Source of the DNA: Nitrospirota bacterium
Lineage (GTDB): Bacteria > Nitrospirota > UBA9217
DNA length: 64,000 bases
Reading direction: 5' to 3'
Assembly (NCBI GenBank): GCA_963790205.1
Contig: CAWBNQ010000005.1
Span: 384,001-448,000 of the forward strand
In this document: piece by piece, positions 40,206-50,003 of the stretch
Layout of the letters: the number at the start of each line of letters is the position of its first letter
How positions within the stretch are numbered: the stretch's first letter is position 1
Notes under the pieces: model-generated
The model's input: only the letters and a program-made list of their open reading frames with translations
What the model was told of the DNA's origin: nothing
The model's database searches: none
Translations under genes and position numbers: made by a program

Positions 40206-42833
40206 CTACAGTTTTGCCGCGACCTTTTCGATCACGTAGGCCTCGATGACATCTCCGACCTTGATGTCGTTGAAATTCTCCACCCCGAGACCGCATTCGT
40301 AGCCCGCCTGCACTTCGCGCACGTCATCTTTGAACCGCTTGAGCGAGTGAAGCTTCCCTTCATAAACAAGCACATTGTCCCGGAGCACCCGCACGCCGTC
40401 CGACTGCCTCGTCATGACCCCTTCGAGGACGTATGATCCCGCGATCGTGCCGATCTTCGATACGTGGAAGGTCTGGCGTACTTCGGCGCGGCCGAGCACT
40501 TTTTCCTTAAGGGTCGGCTCGAGCAGGCCCTCCATCGCGGCCTTGATGTCGTCGATCGCGTTGTAGATGATATTGTAGAGCCTGATGTCGACACCCTCGC
40601 GCTGCGCGAGTTCGGTACCCTTGGGCTCGGGCCTGACGTTAAACCCGATGATGATGGCGTTCGAGGCGGCCGCGAGCATAACATCGGTCTCCGTGATCGC
40701 GCCGACCGAGCTGTGGATAACCTTGAGCTTGACCGCGGCTGTCGAAAGCTTTTCGAGCGAATCCACGATGGCCCCTGCCGATCCCGACACATCCGCCTTG
40801 ATAACGATGTTGAGTTCCTTCACCATGCCTTCCTGGATCTGGGCATGGAGGTCTTCAAGCGTGACTTTCTTCATCGAGGCCATTTCCGAGGACCGCTGTT
40901 TGGCCTGCCGAAGCTCGGCTATCTGCCGGGCCTTGCGTTCTTCTTCGAGCACCACAAAACGTTCTCCCGCAAGAGGAACGCTGGAAAAACCGATGACTTC
41001 TGCCGGCATGGACGGTCCGGCGCTTTCTACCCGGGCTCCCTTGTCGTTAATGAGCGCCCGCACCTTTCCAAACTGGGCGCCGGTCACAAAGAAATCTCCG
41101 ACCTTCAAGGTGCCGGACTGGACGAGCACCGTTGCTACCGGGCCGCGGCCCTTGTCCAGCTTAGCCTCGATGACCGTACCGCGCGCCATCTTGTTGGGAT
41201 TCGCTTTCAGTTCGAGCACGTCTGCCTGAATAAGGATCATCTCGAGCAGGTGCTCCAAGCCGATCTTTTTCTTGGCCGAGACCTCGCAAAAGATGGTCTG
41301 GCCTCCCCATTCTTCCGGGGTAAGTTCGAACTCCGCAAGTTCCTGTTTGACCCGGTCCGGCTTGGCCTCGGGCTTGTCGATCTTGTTGATGGCCACGATG
41401 ATCGGCACCCCCGCCGCCTTGGCGTGGCTGACCGCTTCTCTCGTTTGCGGCATAACGCCGTCATCGGCGGCAACAACAAGGATGACGATATCCGTCACCT
41501 GAGCTCCCCGCGCGCGCATTGCGGTAAAGGCCGCGTGTCCCGGCGTGTCAAGAAAGGAAATGTCCCTTCCCTTGAGGCTCACCTGGTAGGCGCCGATATG
41601 CTGCGTGATTCCGCCGGCCTCTTTCGAGACCACGTTTGTCTCGCGGATCGAGTCCAGAAGCGACGTCTTGCCGTGGTCCACATGTCCCATGATCGTGACC
41701 ACCGGCGGCCGCGCCACCATGGCCTCGGCCTCATCGGTCTTCTCCTCGAGAACGTCCTCGGCGGATTCGATGCTGGCGACCTCAGCCTTGATCCCGTACT
41801 CCTCAGCCATGAGTATGGCCGCGTCCATGTCCATGGCCTGGTTCTGCGTAGCCATGACTCCCATGGTCATGAGTTTTTTGATCACATCGCCGACTTTCTG
41901 GCCTATGACCTCGGCAAACTCTTTTATGGTACAGCCTTCCTGTATCTTGACTACTTTTCTCCGGGGCTTCGTGATCTCAGCGACGTCGGTCTGCGGAGCG
42001 TGCTTGTCGTCTTTTTTATGCGGTCTCTTGCCGGCGGGAAGCGTTTTGAGGTCCGGAAGCTTTTTGAACGTCGGCTTTTCCCGGAATTCACGTTCCTGCT
42101 TCTGCTCAAATTCCGTTTTCTTCTGCCACTTTTTCTTGGATACCTTGCCCGGTGCGGGAACCATGGACGGCGGCACTTGGGAAGGCTCGAGCACGGGTGA
42201 ACCGAAGGTCGGCCTCCCGAACGGCCGCGCCGCCGGACGCTGACCCGCGCCACCCGGTCTCTGGAAGCCCTGCTGGGGTCTGCCTGCCGGCGCCTGGCCG
42301 GGCCGCATCGTTGATACGGGCCGCATCGCTGGTGTAGGCCGCTGATTCTGAATGGCTGCAGCTGGTTGCGCTGCTGCGACAGAAGAAGCAGGAGTTACCG
42401 GAGCCGGGGACGGCGCCGCAGCCGCTGTTTCGGGCTCGACAGGCTGTGCCGGCTTTGGCTTCCCGGACGAAGGAGGAATAACGGGGGGCGCAGGAATCAC
42501 CGGTTTCGGAAGCGGTGGTGGAATAGGTTTCGGTTTTGTTCCGGGTTTTTCGAGCGTTGAGGAAAATTTTCCTATCAACGCTGCCGCTTTTCTCAACCGT
42601 TCTTCCTTCAAAACAACCGCCTCTGCGGCGGGATCTTTTTCTTTTTTGACCTTCTCTTTTTCTTTTACTTTGCGGACAGCCTTCAGCTTTTCGATCAGGG
42701 ACTTGGTCTCTTTGTCATCAAGACCGCTGGACGGAGTTTTCTCCTTGATCCCCATTTTTTCGAGCACCGAGATGAGGTCTTTGCTCTCCATTCCCATTTT
42801 TTTAGCAAGTTCATGCACCCTGATCACGGTCAT
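40206..42833 (-). CDS. infB: Translation initiation factor IF-2
   Basis: [40 protein letters not shown]. Confidence 0.98.
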   Translation of the reverse strand: MTVIRVHELAKKMGMESKDLISVLEKMGIKEKTPSSGLDDKETKSLIEKLKAVRKVKEKEKVKKEKDPAAEAVVLKEERLRKAAALIGKFSSTLEKPGTKPKPIPPPLPKPVIPAPPVIPPSSGKPKPAQPVEPETAAAAPSPAPVTPASSVAAAQPAAAIQNQRPTPAMRPVSTMRPGQAPAGRPQQGFQRPGGAGQRPAARPFGRPTFGSPVLEPSQVPPSMVPAPGKVSKKKWQKKTEFEQKQEREFREKPTFKKLPDLKTLPAGKRPHKKDDKHAPQTDVAEITKPRRKVVKIQEGCTIKEFAEVIGQKVGDVIKKLMTMGVMATQNQAMDMDAAILMAEEYGIKAEVASIESAEDVLEEKTDEAEAMVARPPVVTIMGHVDHGKTSLLDSIRETNVVSKEAGGITQHIGAYQVSLKGRDISFLDTPGHAAFTAMRARGAQVTDIVILVVAADDGVMPQTREAVSHAKAAGVPIIVAINKIDKPEAKPDRVKQELAEFELTPEEWGGQTIFCEVSAKKKIGLEHLLEMILIQADVLELKANPNKMARGTVIEAKLDKGRGPVATVLVQSGTLKVGDFFVTGAQFGKVRALINDKGARVESAGPSMPAEVIGFSSVPLAGERFVVLEEERKARQIAELRQAKQRSSEMASMKKVTLEDLHAQIQEGMVKELNIVIKADVSGSAGAIVDSLEKLSTAAVKLKVIHSSVGAITETDVMLAAASNAIIIGFNVRPEPKGTELAQREGVDIRLYNIIYNAIDDIKAAMEGLLEPTLKEKVLGRAEVRQTFHVSKIGTIAGSYVLEGVMTRQSDGVRVLRDNVLVYEGKLHSLKRFKDDVREVQAGYECGLGVENFNDIKVGDVIEAYVIEKVAAKL

Positions 42834-42883
42834 AAAAACGTGTACCCCCAAAAGTTGCGGCAGATAAGATAAAATATTTTACT

Positions 42884-43466
42884 CTACTTGTTGATATTTA
42901 TCAAGCTTTTTAATCTTTGCGTCTCTTTCCATACTGCATCGGCGAACCCTTTGTCTTCAAAAGCGACCACTCCCACCAGCTCGCGGTTGAGGATCCTGCC
43001 GAGTTCATCCCTGGTGAAGAGCGTTGTCTGGGGCAAAGAAGCAGTCCTCTGATCGGCCACCTTCTCCCTGGTCCCGTGAGCGATATCACACGTATAAAGG
43101 ATCAACTCCGCGCGGCCTTTCTCCAGGGCGTCATTCACCGCTGAATAACCGGCCGCCAGGGTACCCGCCTTCGCGGCCATGGAGATAAGGGACCTCACCT
43201 TTTCCGTAATCGTTGCTTCGAGCGCTGCAATAAAGGCTTCGGCCTCCGGAGGCCTGACTTTGAGATGCAGCGCCCGTGACAGATTTCCCTTCTCCAGGGC
43301 CTTTCTTATGCATTCCACCCGCGGGCAGACATAGGCCGCGCGGCCCGGGAGCTTCTCGCGGTAATCGATCACGGCCCCGTCCGGGCCCGCGACGATCCGC
43401 ACGACTTCCTCTTTTTTAAAAACACCCCGGCATCCGATGCAGGTCCGTTCCGGCTTGATGTTTCAT
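42884..43466 (-). CDS. ylxR: YlxR (DUF448)-L7Ae/YlxQ fusion protein; one extra base just after the ATG
   Basis: PERTCIGC...GRAAYVC followed by an L7Ae-like domain; the ATG at 43466 is out of frame by 1 nt. Confidence 0.82.
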
Positions 43467-43490
43467 GGCATGCACCGGCGCCGCGGCCGT

Positions 43491-44849
43491 TTATTTCCCC
43501 ACCTGCGCGCGCGCGGACAGGAGGATCTTCTGAGCGGTTTTCTCGCCGATGCCCGGAACAGCCAGTATCTCCTCATCGGACATTGCGGCGATCTTTTCGA
43601 TCGTGTCGTAGCCCGCCTGCTTCAACTGTTCCGCGGTCCTGGGCCCCACGCCTTCGATGCTCGTAAGATCGACACCGGCCGGCACGTCGTTCGCCGCGGC
43701 CTCGGCTGCGTGCGCCTCCGCTTCCATGGTCTCAGCCGCCTCGGTCTCCTCGGCCATCTTGCGGGTCTCCTCGACTATGGCCGCTTCGATTTCCTGCTCG
43801 CGCTCTTTCTGGCGCTCCTGATCGTACTCGGACTCGCTCAGGATATCGATCTTCCAGCCCGTCAATTTTGCCGCAAGCCGAACGTTCTGGCCCTTCTTGC
43901 CGATCGCGAGCGACAGCTGGGTATCGGCCACCACGGCCAGGGCCGAACGGTCCTCTTCGGTCACCCCGACCTTTTCCACGACGGCCGGGCTCAGCGCCTT
44001 GGCAATAAAGATACGCGGGTCCTCGGACCAGGGGATGATATCGATCTTCTCGCCGTGAAGCTCGCGTACCACGGCCTGCACACGGGAGCCTTTCATACCG
44101 ACGCAGGCGCCCACCGGGTCGACCTGGGATTCCTTCGACTTCACGGCGATCTTGGTACGGTCGCCCGCCTCACGGACCACGCCTTTGACTTCCACGATGT
44201 TCTCGTAGATCTCGGGCACTTCCATTTCGAAGAGCCGGGCGACGAAATCCGGATGCGCGCGGGAAAGCACCACCTGCGGACCCTTGGAGGTGTCCCTCAC
44301 CTCGAGCACGTAGGCCCTGACGCGGTCGCCCCTGCGGTAGCTTTCCCGCTGCACCTGCTCGCGGGCGGGCAGCACCGCTTCGGTCTTGCCCAGGTCGATG
44401 TAGTAGGCGCCCTTCTCGTGCCGGAGCACGATGCCGTTCACGAGCTGGCCGATCTTGTCGTTGAATTCCTTCAGGATCACGTCCCGTTCAGCCTCGCGCA
44501 CTTTCTGCACAATGACCTGGCGGGCGGTCTGGGCGGCGATCCTGCCGAACCCCTGGAACTCCACCTGGAGCGGCACTTCCCCGTCCATCTGGGCGTCGGG
44601 GTAGAGCCCGATCGCCTCTTCGAGGGTTATTTCCTCCTCCGGGTTGGTGACCGCGGGCACGACCTTCTTATACGCGTACATGATGATATCGCCCCGCTTG
44701 GGGTCGATCTGCACGGCGATCCGCTGGGCGCCGTACTTCTTCTTGGCGGCGCTCACGAGGGCCGACTCAACGGCCTCGATCACATTTTCCTTTGATATGC
44801 CCTTTTCCTTGCTGATCTGGTCTATCACATGAATCAATTCCTGACTCAT
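43491..44849 (-). CDS. nusA: Transcription termination factor NusA
   Basis: FGRIAAQTARQ, DPVGACVG, SLAIGKKGQNVRLA, C-terminal HhH. Confidence 0.97.
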   Translation of the reverse strand: MSQELIHVIDQISKEKGISKENVIEAVESALVSAAKKKYGAQRIAVQIDPKRGDIIMYAYKKVVPAVTNPEEEITLEEAIGLYPDAQMDGEVPLQVEFQGFGRIAAQTARQVIVQKVREAERDVILKEFNDKIGQLVNGIVLRHEKGAYYIDLGKTEAVLPAREQVQRESYRRGDRVRAYVLEVRDTSKGPQVVLSRAHPDFVARLFEMEVPEIYENIVEVKGVVREAGDRTKIAVKSKESQVDPVGACVGMKGSRVQAVVRELHGEKIDIIPWSEDPRIFIAKALSPAVVEKVGVTEEDRSALAVVADTQLSLAIGKKGQNVRLAAKLTGWKIDILSESEYDQERQKEREQEIEAAIVEETRKMAEETEAAETMEAEAHAAEAAANDVPAGVDLTSIEGVGPRTAEQLKQAGYDTIEKIAAMSDEEILAVPGIGEKTAQKILLSARAQVGK

Positions 44850-44882
44850 ACGTCTATCTCCTCCTGAAAATAAATAAAAGGC

Positions 44883-44956
44883 TTAGGTTAAGGTTGAGGC
44901 TGAAGTTGAGAAGCTAAGATTAGAAGTCCTCAACCTAAACCTGGACCTTGACCTGG
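44883..44956. repeat. Inverted 6-bp-period array (AGGTTG-like / CAACCT-like)
   Basis: aggtta-aggttg-aggctg-aagttg ... ctcaacc-taaacc-tggacc-ttgacc. Confidence 0.7.
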
Positions 44957-44963
44957 ATTTTTA

Positions 44964-45428
44964 CTAAAACTCCACCTCAAGCGAGGCCTTGGTGATGTTC
45001 GTCATCGATATCTCCAAAACCGTTCCCGCTTCAAGCTCGATCGTCACGACAGAATCAGCCATGCCCAGCAGTTTCCCCCGGAACACCTTCTCGCCGTTGA
45101 TCGGCTGATAGGTCTTTATTTTGACCGCGCTCCCCGCAAAGCGGATAAAGTGCTCCGGCTTCGAGAGCGTCCGGTCAAGGCCCGGCGACGAGACCTCGAG
45201 CGTATAAGCGTGCGGGATGATGTCCTCAACGTCCAGCGCAGCGCTTAAGTCCCTGCTCACCGTCTCGCAGTCCTGCAGCGTCACGCCACCGTCGATCTCG
45301 CGGTCGATATAGACCCTGAGGAGCCATTTCGGCCCCTGTTTCTGGAATTCCAGGTCCCAAAGGTCCAGCCCCATGGACAGGAGGATCGGATCGAGTATCT
45401 GCCGTATCTGCTCCGCGGCCTCGGACAT
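44964..45428 (-). CDS. rimP: Ribosome maturation factor RimP
   Basis: LRVYIDR, DCETVSR, YTLEVSSPGLDR. Confidence 0.96.
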   Translation of the reverse strand: MSEAAEQIRQILDPILLSMGLDLWDLEFQKQGPKWLLRVYIDREIDGGVTLQDCETVSRDLSAALDVEDIIPHAYTLEVSSPGLDRTLSKPEHFIRFAGSAVKIKTYQPINGEKVFRGKLLGMADSVVTIELEAGTVLEISMTNITKASLEVEF

Positions 45429-45438
45429 TGCGTCCCCC

Positions 45439-45471
45439 AAATAAAAAGAGTGGGCAAGAAATGCCCACTCT
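45439..45471 (-). promoter_or_regulatory. rimP leader hairpin (attenuator-like)
   Basis: AGAGTGGGC-N7-GCCCACTCT followed by TTTTATTT just upstream of the rimP RBS. Confidence 0.7.
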
Positions 45472-45680
45472 CAAAGGATTTTCCCAGAGTGTTAGGTACT
45501 TTTTAACATACCGGAACGGAGAATGCAAGGAAAAAGTGCATTCTATCGATCAAAAAAGGACCTGTTTGTAGCGAGCTTAGTAGTGTTCCAAAAAATTCTG
45601 CCGGTTCTTTCGTCATCGAAAATGGCTAATACTGCTCTTCTAGTCCCACATCAAAGTGCGCAACGGGTGCAATATGTCCC

Positions 45681-46217
45681 CTATGGTCCTTCATCTCTTG
45701 AGATGGTGCGTCGCCAAATAACGCGAAGTTCCTTCAAGCTTACACTACCGTACAACCTCATCAATAAGTCCACCATGTCTGGCCGTACTATCAAATCAGA
45801 GCCCTCACACTCCATGGGTTCAACATCACTAAAAGAATGAGTGTTCAAAACTCGCCAGGTTCGCAGCACAACAGCAGGATCACCATTTTGATCAGTCCAA
45901 ATGAGGGGGTCCCCATATCCAGGCGTCGCGAGTTGAATATAACTACGTAATTCAATCGGCGGTATAAGCACGAATAAGTCGCCCAACCAATCTCTTATGC
46001 GGTTCAAGGACAACAATGGACCGGCTTGCGGCCGGCTCGGAAAAACTACTACAGGGGGCGCTTCAGATCTCCACCAATCATAAACATCACCGTCTCTAAA
46101 AGGAAAAGCACCCGACGGTATAGTTGCACCTATCGGCACAGTTATCGCCCCGGACAATAGAGTTACAGATGTACTCGGTCGTTCATGTGGATTGTCCGGA
46201 TCGGTGACGTTGTGCAC
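45681..46217 (-). pseudogene. 3' fragment of the nuclease-domain gene interrupted by the mobile element
   Basis: Joins in frame to fragment 49311-50003 after removing the element and one target copy. Confidence 0.75.
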
Positions 46218-46240
46218 GCTAGCAGTTTATGATAAAAATC

Positions 46241-47284
46241 CTAGAGAAAATTGGGTGACACTTTTCCGTTGATCGTAACGGTAATAAACCCTTTCATCCT
46301 CAGCCAGGCCTCGACGGCGATCCGCCAGGCTGCTTGCGACTGAACACTACCATCACTGCATAGTATATCACCTTGCAAGTTTGTCATCCAGTCATAGGCA
46401 GCGCTCCTTTCCCATTTGGTAAACGTTTTTTTGTTCGTGAAGTACACTTGGCAGGCGTTGCCGCCATGCAGGCACGGACGGGGTTGGTGGTTAAGGTCAT
46501 GTTCAACCGTCGATGCATATGCCTCCATGTGCTCGCGCGGACAACTGGACTTATACAAGAGTTTTGCAGCAAGCCCGTTCTTCAGCTCGGTTTGTGCCTC
46601 TTCGATCGCGCCGTTGTAGGGCGGATAATGGACTGGACTGTTCAACGGCAGGACGAAGTAGTCGGCGAGCACAGCATTGACCGCTGCATGATTCAGGTTC
46701 GCGCCATTGTCGCGCTTGAGGAACAGAGGCGCACCGAAGCGATCGAAGGTCGCTGCGAGATAGCCGGATATCTCTTCGCCGCAGGGCACATCTCCCGTCA
46801 TAGGAGTGAACTTGTAGCGAGACGCGAGGTCCTGCATATGGTTCAGGTACACCTTGCCACCGTCTGTGTCACGATGTTTGTATTCACAGGGGTCCATTGA
46901 CCACGCGACGTTTGGCACGTTCCAGCTGATCCGCCGCAGATTCTGACGATGGAGTGTATTGAGGTCATGCCTCGCCATAGCGACCATGCTCTGCAGGTCT
47001 CGCCGTGACACAGAGGACGCGTGGCTCCCGTATAATGCGCCCGTGCCCTGCGTGCGGCTCTGCCCGTGAGACAGCTTTGCGATATCCCCTGTAATCCCCT
47101 CAAGATCCGGAGGCTTGACCTTGGGAGGACCCGGTTGCCGCACGAGGGGCGTGGCGTTCTTCTGTCGCAGACGCCAACGGATAAAGCTCGGGTAGGGGAG
47201 CCTCACGGCACTGCAGATCTCCTGGTAGTGCATACCGGTTTTCTCTCTCATCCGGTCAACAACGGCAAGCATACTGGTTATCAT
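46241..47284 (-). CDS. DDE integrase-core transposase 2 (IS3 OrfB/IS481-like)
   Basis: PNVAWSMD...DLASRY...KRDNG...YNGAIEE...LNHQPRP. Confidence 0.85.
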   Translation of the reverse strand: MITSMLAVVDRMREKTGMHYQEICSAVRLPYPSFIRWRLRQKNATPLVRQPGPPKVKPPDLEGITGDIAKLSHGQSRTQGTGALYGSHASSVSRRDLQSMVAMARHDLNTLHRQNLRRISWNVPNVAWSMDPCEYKHRDTDGGKVYLNHMQDLASRYKFTPMTGDVPCGEEISGYLAATFDRFGAPLFLKRDNGANLNHAAVNAVLADYFVLPLNSPVHYPPYNGAIEEAQTELKNGLAAKLLYKSSCPREHMEAYASTVEHDLNHQPRPCLHGGNACQVYFTNKKTFTKWERSAAYDWMTNLQGDILCSDGSVQSQAAWRIAVEAWLRMKGFITVTINGKVSPNFL

Positions 47285-47667
47285 TTCTTCCTTCGCTTTC
47301 GTTTTTTTTCCTCCGACTCGTCAGCTCTTTTTTTCACACGGGCATTGTGGAGTTCATACGCGTGCAGCATGTCCCGCACTTCTACCGTTTTCTTAGCGAC
47401 AAAGAGCTTGTTCTGGAGCTCAGCGATTTGCTCCTGTAAACGCTGTTTCTCCTCGTCCTGCGGTATACTCGGCCTTCCAGGGGATTTATCCTCCATGGCC
47501 TCGGTCATCGCCTGTAATGCCCGGCGCTCCCACTCGTAGTAGGTCTTCCGCGACACGCCGAGCCTCCGTGCGCCTTCCTCGGCCGTGATCTGGCCGCTGC
47601 GCACTGCAAACACCACCGCAGTCCGCTTTCGGGCAAGCTCCTTGTCTTCTGAGTCGCTCATGCACAC
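47281..47667 (-). CDS. HTH DNA-binding protein (OrfA-like) with coiled coil
   Basis: TAEEGARRLGVSRKTYYEWE; ATGA overlap with the downstream transposase. Confidence 0.82.
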   Translation of the reverse strand: MCMSDSEDKELARKRTAVVFAVRSGQITAEEGARRLGVSRKTYYEWERRALQAMTEAMEDKSPGRPSIPQDEEKQRLQEQIAELQNKLFVAKKTVEVRDMLHAYELHNARVKKRADESEEKKRKRRKK

Positions 47668-47678
47668 CGACCTTTCCG

Positions 47679-48074
47679 TTATGGGGTCTCAGCCTTGCGC
47701 AGGGGGGAGCTTTCGGGCTTCAGGTCCTTTAGCTTCTCCGGTTTCCTTGCTTCCTGCGCCTTCGACAGCGTCTTTTCCAGCCTGTTCTGTACCGGGAGCA
47801 TCAGGCGCTTTTTCTCCAGCATCGTCTGCAGCCGCGGGCTGAGCGCCGGCCCCTTGTCCAGGATCACCCGGGGTTCCAGAGCCTGGAGCATTCCCTCCAT
47901 CGCCCGTTTCTGCCACTGGGAGAGCACCATCCACGGTATCCCCATCTCCCGGCATACTTCCGCCGGCCTCCGCCGCTCCGTCCATATTGAGAGAACCGCC
48001 CGGCATTTCTCCATCGCCCCGTGGTTTGTCATCTGCCGCTTCTTCTCGCTTTTTATCTTCTCCGTTTTTTCCAT
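47679..48074 (-). CDS. Second HTH-like protein, paralogous to 47281-47667
   Basis: PAEVCREMGIPWMVLSQWQKRAMEGMLQALE versus TAEEGARRLGVSRKTYYEWERRALQAMTEAME; purine-rich RBS. Confidence 0.7.
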   Translation of the reverse strand: MEKTEKIKSEKKRQMTNHGAMEKCRAVLSIWTERRRPAEVCREMGIPWMVLSQWQKRAMEGMLQALEPRVILDKGPALSPRLQTMLEKKRLMLPVQNRLEKTLSKAQEARKPEKLKDLKPESSPLRKAETP

Positions 48075-49236
48075 GGCCGGCCCCTTCTTCGTTTAGATTG
48101 TAGACTACTTCCTGCGTGGTGTCATCCTCTTCATCGTCAACCGATAGACGCAGCTTGCCCTTTTCCGCCCGCAGCACTACCGACTGCCCCTCCATGCGGC
48201 CCACCATGTAGAACGGCAGCTTGGGCTTCCCGCGGAGCGCCATCTCGAGGAGATTCTCCTGGATGCCATGCTCGATCGTCTTCCTGAGCTCGCTCTGGAT
48301 CTCAAAATACCGGTCCGCGGGACACAGGCCGCCGATCCCCTGGTGCGGTCGTTTGTGGTTGTAATACTTCACCCACTGCCGTATCCGCTCGGCGGCGTCC
48401 TCGAAGCTATCGAACTGCGCTCTGACAAGAAACTCCAGGTAGATCGTCTTCCAGAACCGTTCGATTTTGCCCAGGGTCATAGGGTGGTGTGGTTGGGATT
48501 TGATGTGGTGGATCTTGTCTTTCTTGAGCTCCAGCTCAAAACGGCTGTGCCCGCGCCAGCTCGTATACTGCCGCCCGTTATCCGTGAGCATCTCTTTCGG
48601 CGGGTTGTACTCGGAGGACGCCCGGCGGTATACCTCGATAACGTTCTGGCCCGTCTGAGTGCGGAAAAGCTCGAGCCCCGTGATGTAGCGGGAGTAATCA
48701 TCGATGTAGCCGATCAGGTACGCATAGTGGCCGCCAAGACGGAACGTGAAGATGTCCGTTTGCCACAGCTGGTTCGGCGTTGATCGTTCGAAAAAACGGG
48801 GACGGGTGATATTACGCTGACGCTTCTTAGGCGGGGACTTGATGAGGGATGAATCGTGAAGGGTCTTGCGGACTGTTTCAGGGCTGGCGGAAAGAAAAAA
48901 CGCCCTCTTTAAAACCTGTGAAATGCGCTTGATGCCGAAGAGCGGGTTGGCTTCTTTTACCTCGACGATCTTCTGCCTTACCGGAGAAGGAAGACTGCGC
49001 CCCTTACCTCTGTAATGCGTTGCGAGCCCCGCTTCGCCATGACGACGATAGTCGCGCACCCAGCGCCCGACCGTCCCACTGCTCAATCCGCATTCCTGCC
49101 GAATCACCGAAGCAGGGACGCTTTCTTCAACAAACTTTTTGACGACTTGAAGCTTGAAATCCGGTCCATACCGCTTGCTTCGTTTCGGGAACTTCCTTTT
49201 CCTGCCTACTTGCTGTATACTCTTTTCTGGTTTCAT
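47689..49236 (-). CDS. IS481-like DDE transposase 1 (HTH + rve)
   Basis: PNQLWQTD, IDDYSRY, LTDNGRQY, GKIERF, YNHKRPHQGI; AAGGAG RBS. Confidence 0.92.
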   Translation of the reverse strand: MKPEKSIQQVGRKRKFPKRSKRYGPDFKLQVVKKFVEESVPASVIRQECGLSSGTVGRWVRDYRRHGEAGLATHYRGKGRSLPSPVRQKIVEVKEANPLFGIKRISQVLKRAFFLSASPETVRKTLHDSSLIKSPPKKRQRNITRPRFFERSTPNQLWQTDIFTFRLGGHYAYLIGYIDDYSRYITGLELFRTQTGQNVIEVYRRASSEYNPPKEMLTDNGRQYTSWRGHSRFELELKKDKIHHIKSQPHHPMTLGKIERFWKTIYLEFLVRAQFDSFEDAAERIRQWVKYYNHKRPHQGIGGLCPADRYFEIQSELRKTIEHGIQENLLEMALRGKPKLPFYMVGRMEGQSVVLRAEKGKLRLSVDDEEDDTTQEVVYNLNEEGAGHGKNGEDKKREEAADDKPRGDGEMPGGSLNMDGAAEAGGSMPGDGDTVDGALPVAETGDGGNAPGSGTPGDPGQGAGAQPAAADDAGEKAPDAPGTEQAGKDAVEGAGSKETGEAKGPEARKLPPAQG

Positions 49237-49310
49237 GATGACACTCCTTTCAAAACCTAACTTTGGAGTGTCACCCTATTTCCTCAAATCCTTGTTATCA
49301 TAAACTGGTC

Positions 49311-50003
49311 GCTAGGACAGGCTGGTTCCCTTCCTTGGTTGGGGTATCGTCCGATTCCAACTCGTTCTGACAGTTCATCGATAAGAGCCCGCTCTAGTGG
49401 CCCAGGTTCAGTCAGGCTTGTGGAGGCCATGGGAAGAGATAGCTCGATTATAAATCGATCACAGAAAGTAAGAAAAGCATCACGCCCGATCTCTGCGCCG
49501 GTGCGAGTTGCAGCGAGCAGTGGCCCCCAGACAGGATTGCCGTTGGCAGGCCATATACGGTCACTGCGTAGACGATAGCATTGCGACGGCCAGTTCTCAA
49601 TCGTGGGCTCGGCGCTTGCTGGTTCAAGATACTCAGTCAGCTGATCTTCCGCCAAAGGCGGCTTCCAAGTAGCGCAAAGGCGGTACTGATGAACGTAAGG
49701 AGGCTCTGAGCGGATATGCGTAAGCACTAAACGGTCGATCCGGAGAGATGAGGCGGTCGATGTGAAATCGTTTGACGCGAGAGTACGGAGTGTATTCTCG
49801 CTCGATTTAAACTGTCGTCGAACTCTTCTTCCCGCTGCAGCGACTTCGAGATCGTCTATTCGATCGTCTTCGACTTGTTTGCGATCGACAATTACTGCAT
49901 CGTAGCGCTCGACAACTGCACGCACGAGCATGTACGCAGTTGTGATATCCTGATATAGATAACCTTTGTGTGCAGGTTTTAAATTGCCACGGAGAGGGCT
50001 CAT
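49311..50003 (-). pseudogene. 5' fragment of a PD-(D/E)xK (Cap4-like) nuclease-domain gene
   Basis: AHKGYLYQD...IDDLEV...RQFKS motif; GAGGTG RBS; truncated by the element. Confidence 0.7.

Larger units (their letters stand above)
46221..49309 (-). mobile_element. ~3.09-kb transposon with two DDE transposases and two HTH proteins
   Basis: IRs A(G/C)CAGTTTATGATAA-N17/18-GGGTGACAC at both ends; flanking direct repeat CGCT(AG) at 46217 and 49310. Confidence 0.88.

Noticed and set aside
43463..43465. In-frame TGA before ylxR as selenocysteine
   Set aside because: Not at a conserved Cys position, no evident SECIS, and a 1-nt indel explains it.
46221..49309. Two independent ISs nested or in tandem
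   Set aside because: No internal IRs or second TSD found, and ORFs are tightly coupled. Not excluded without a homologue search.
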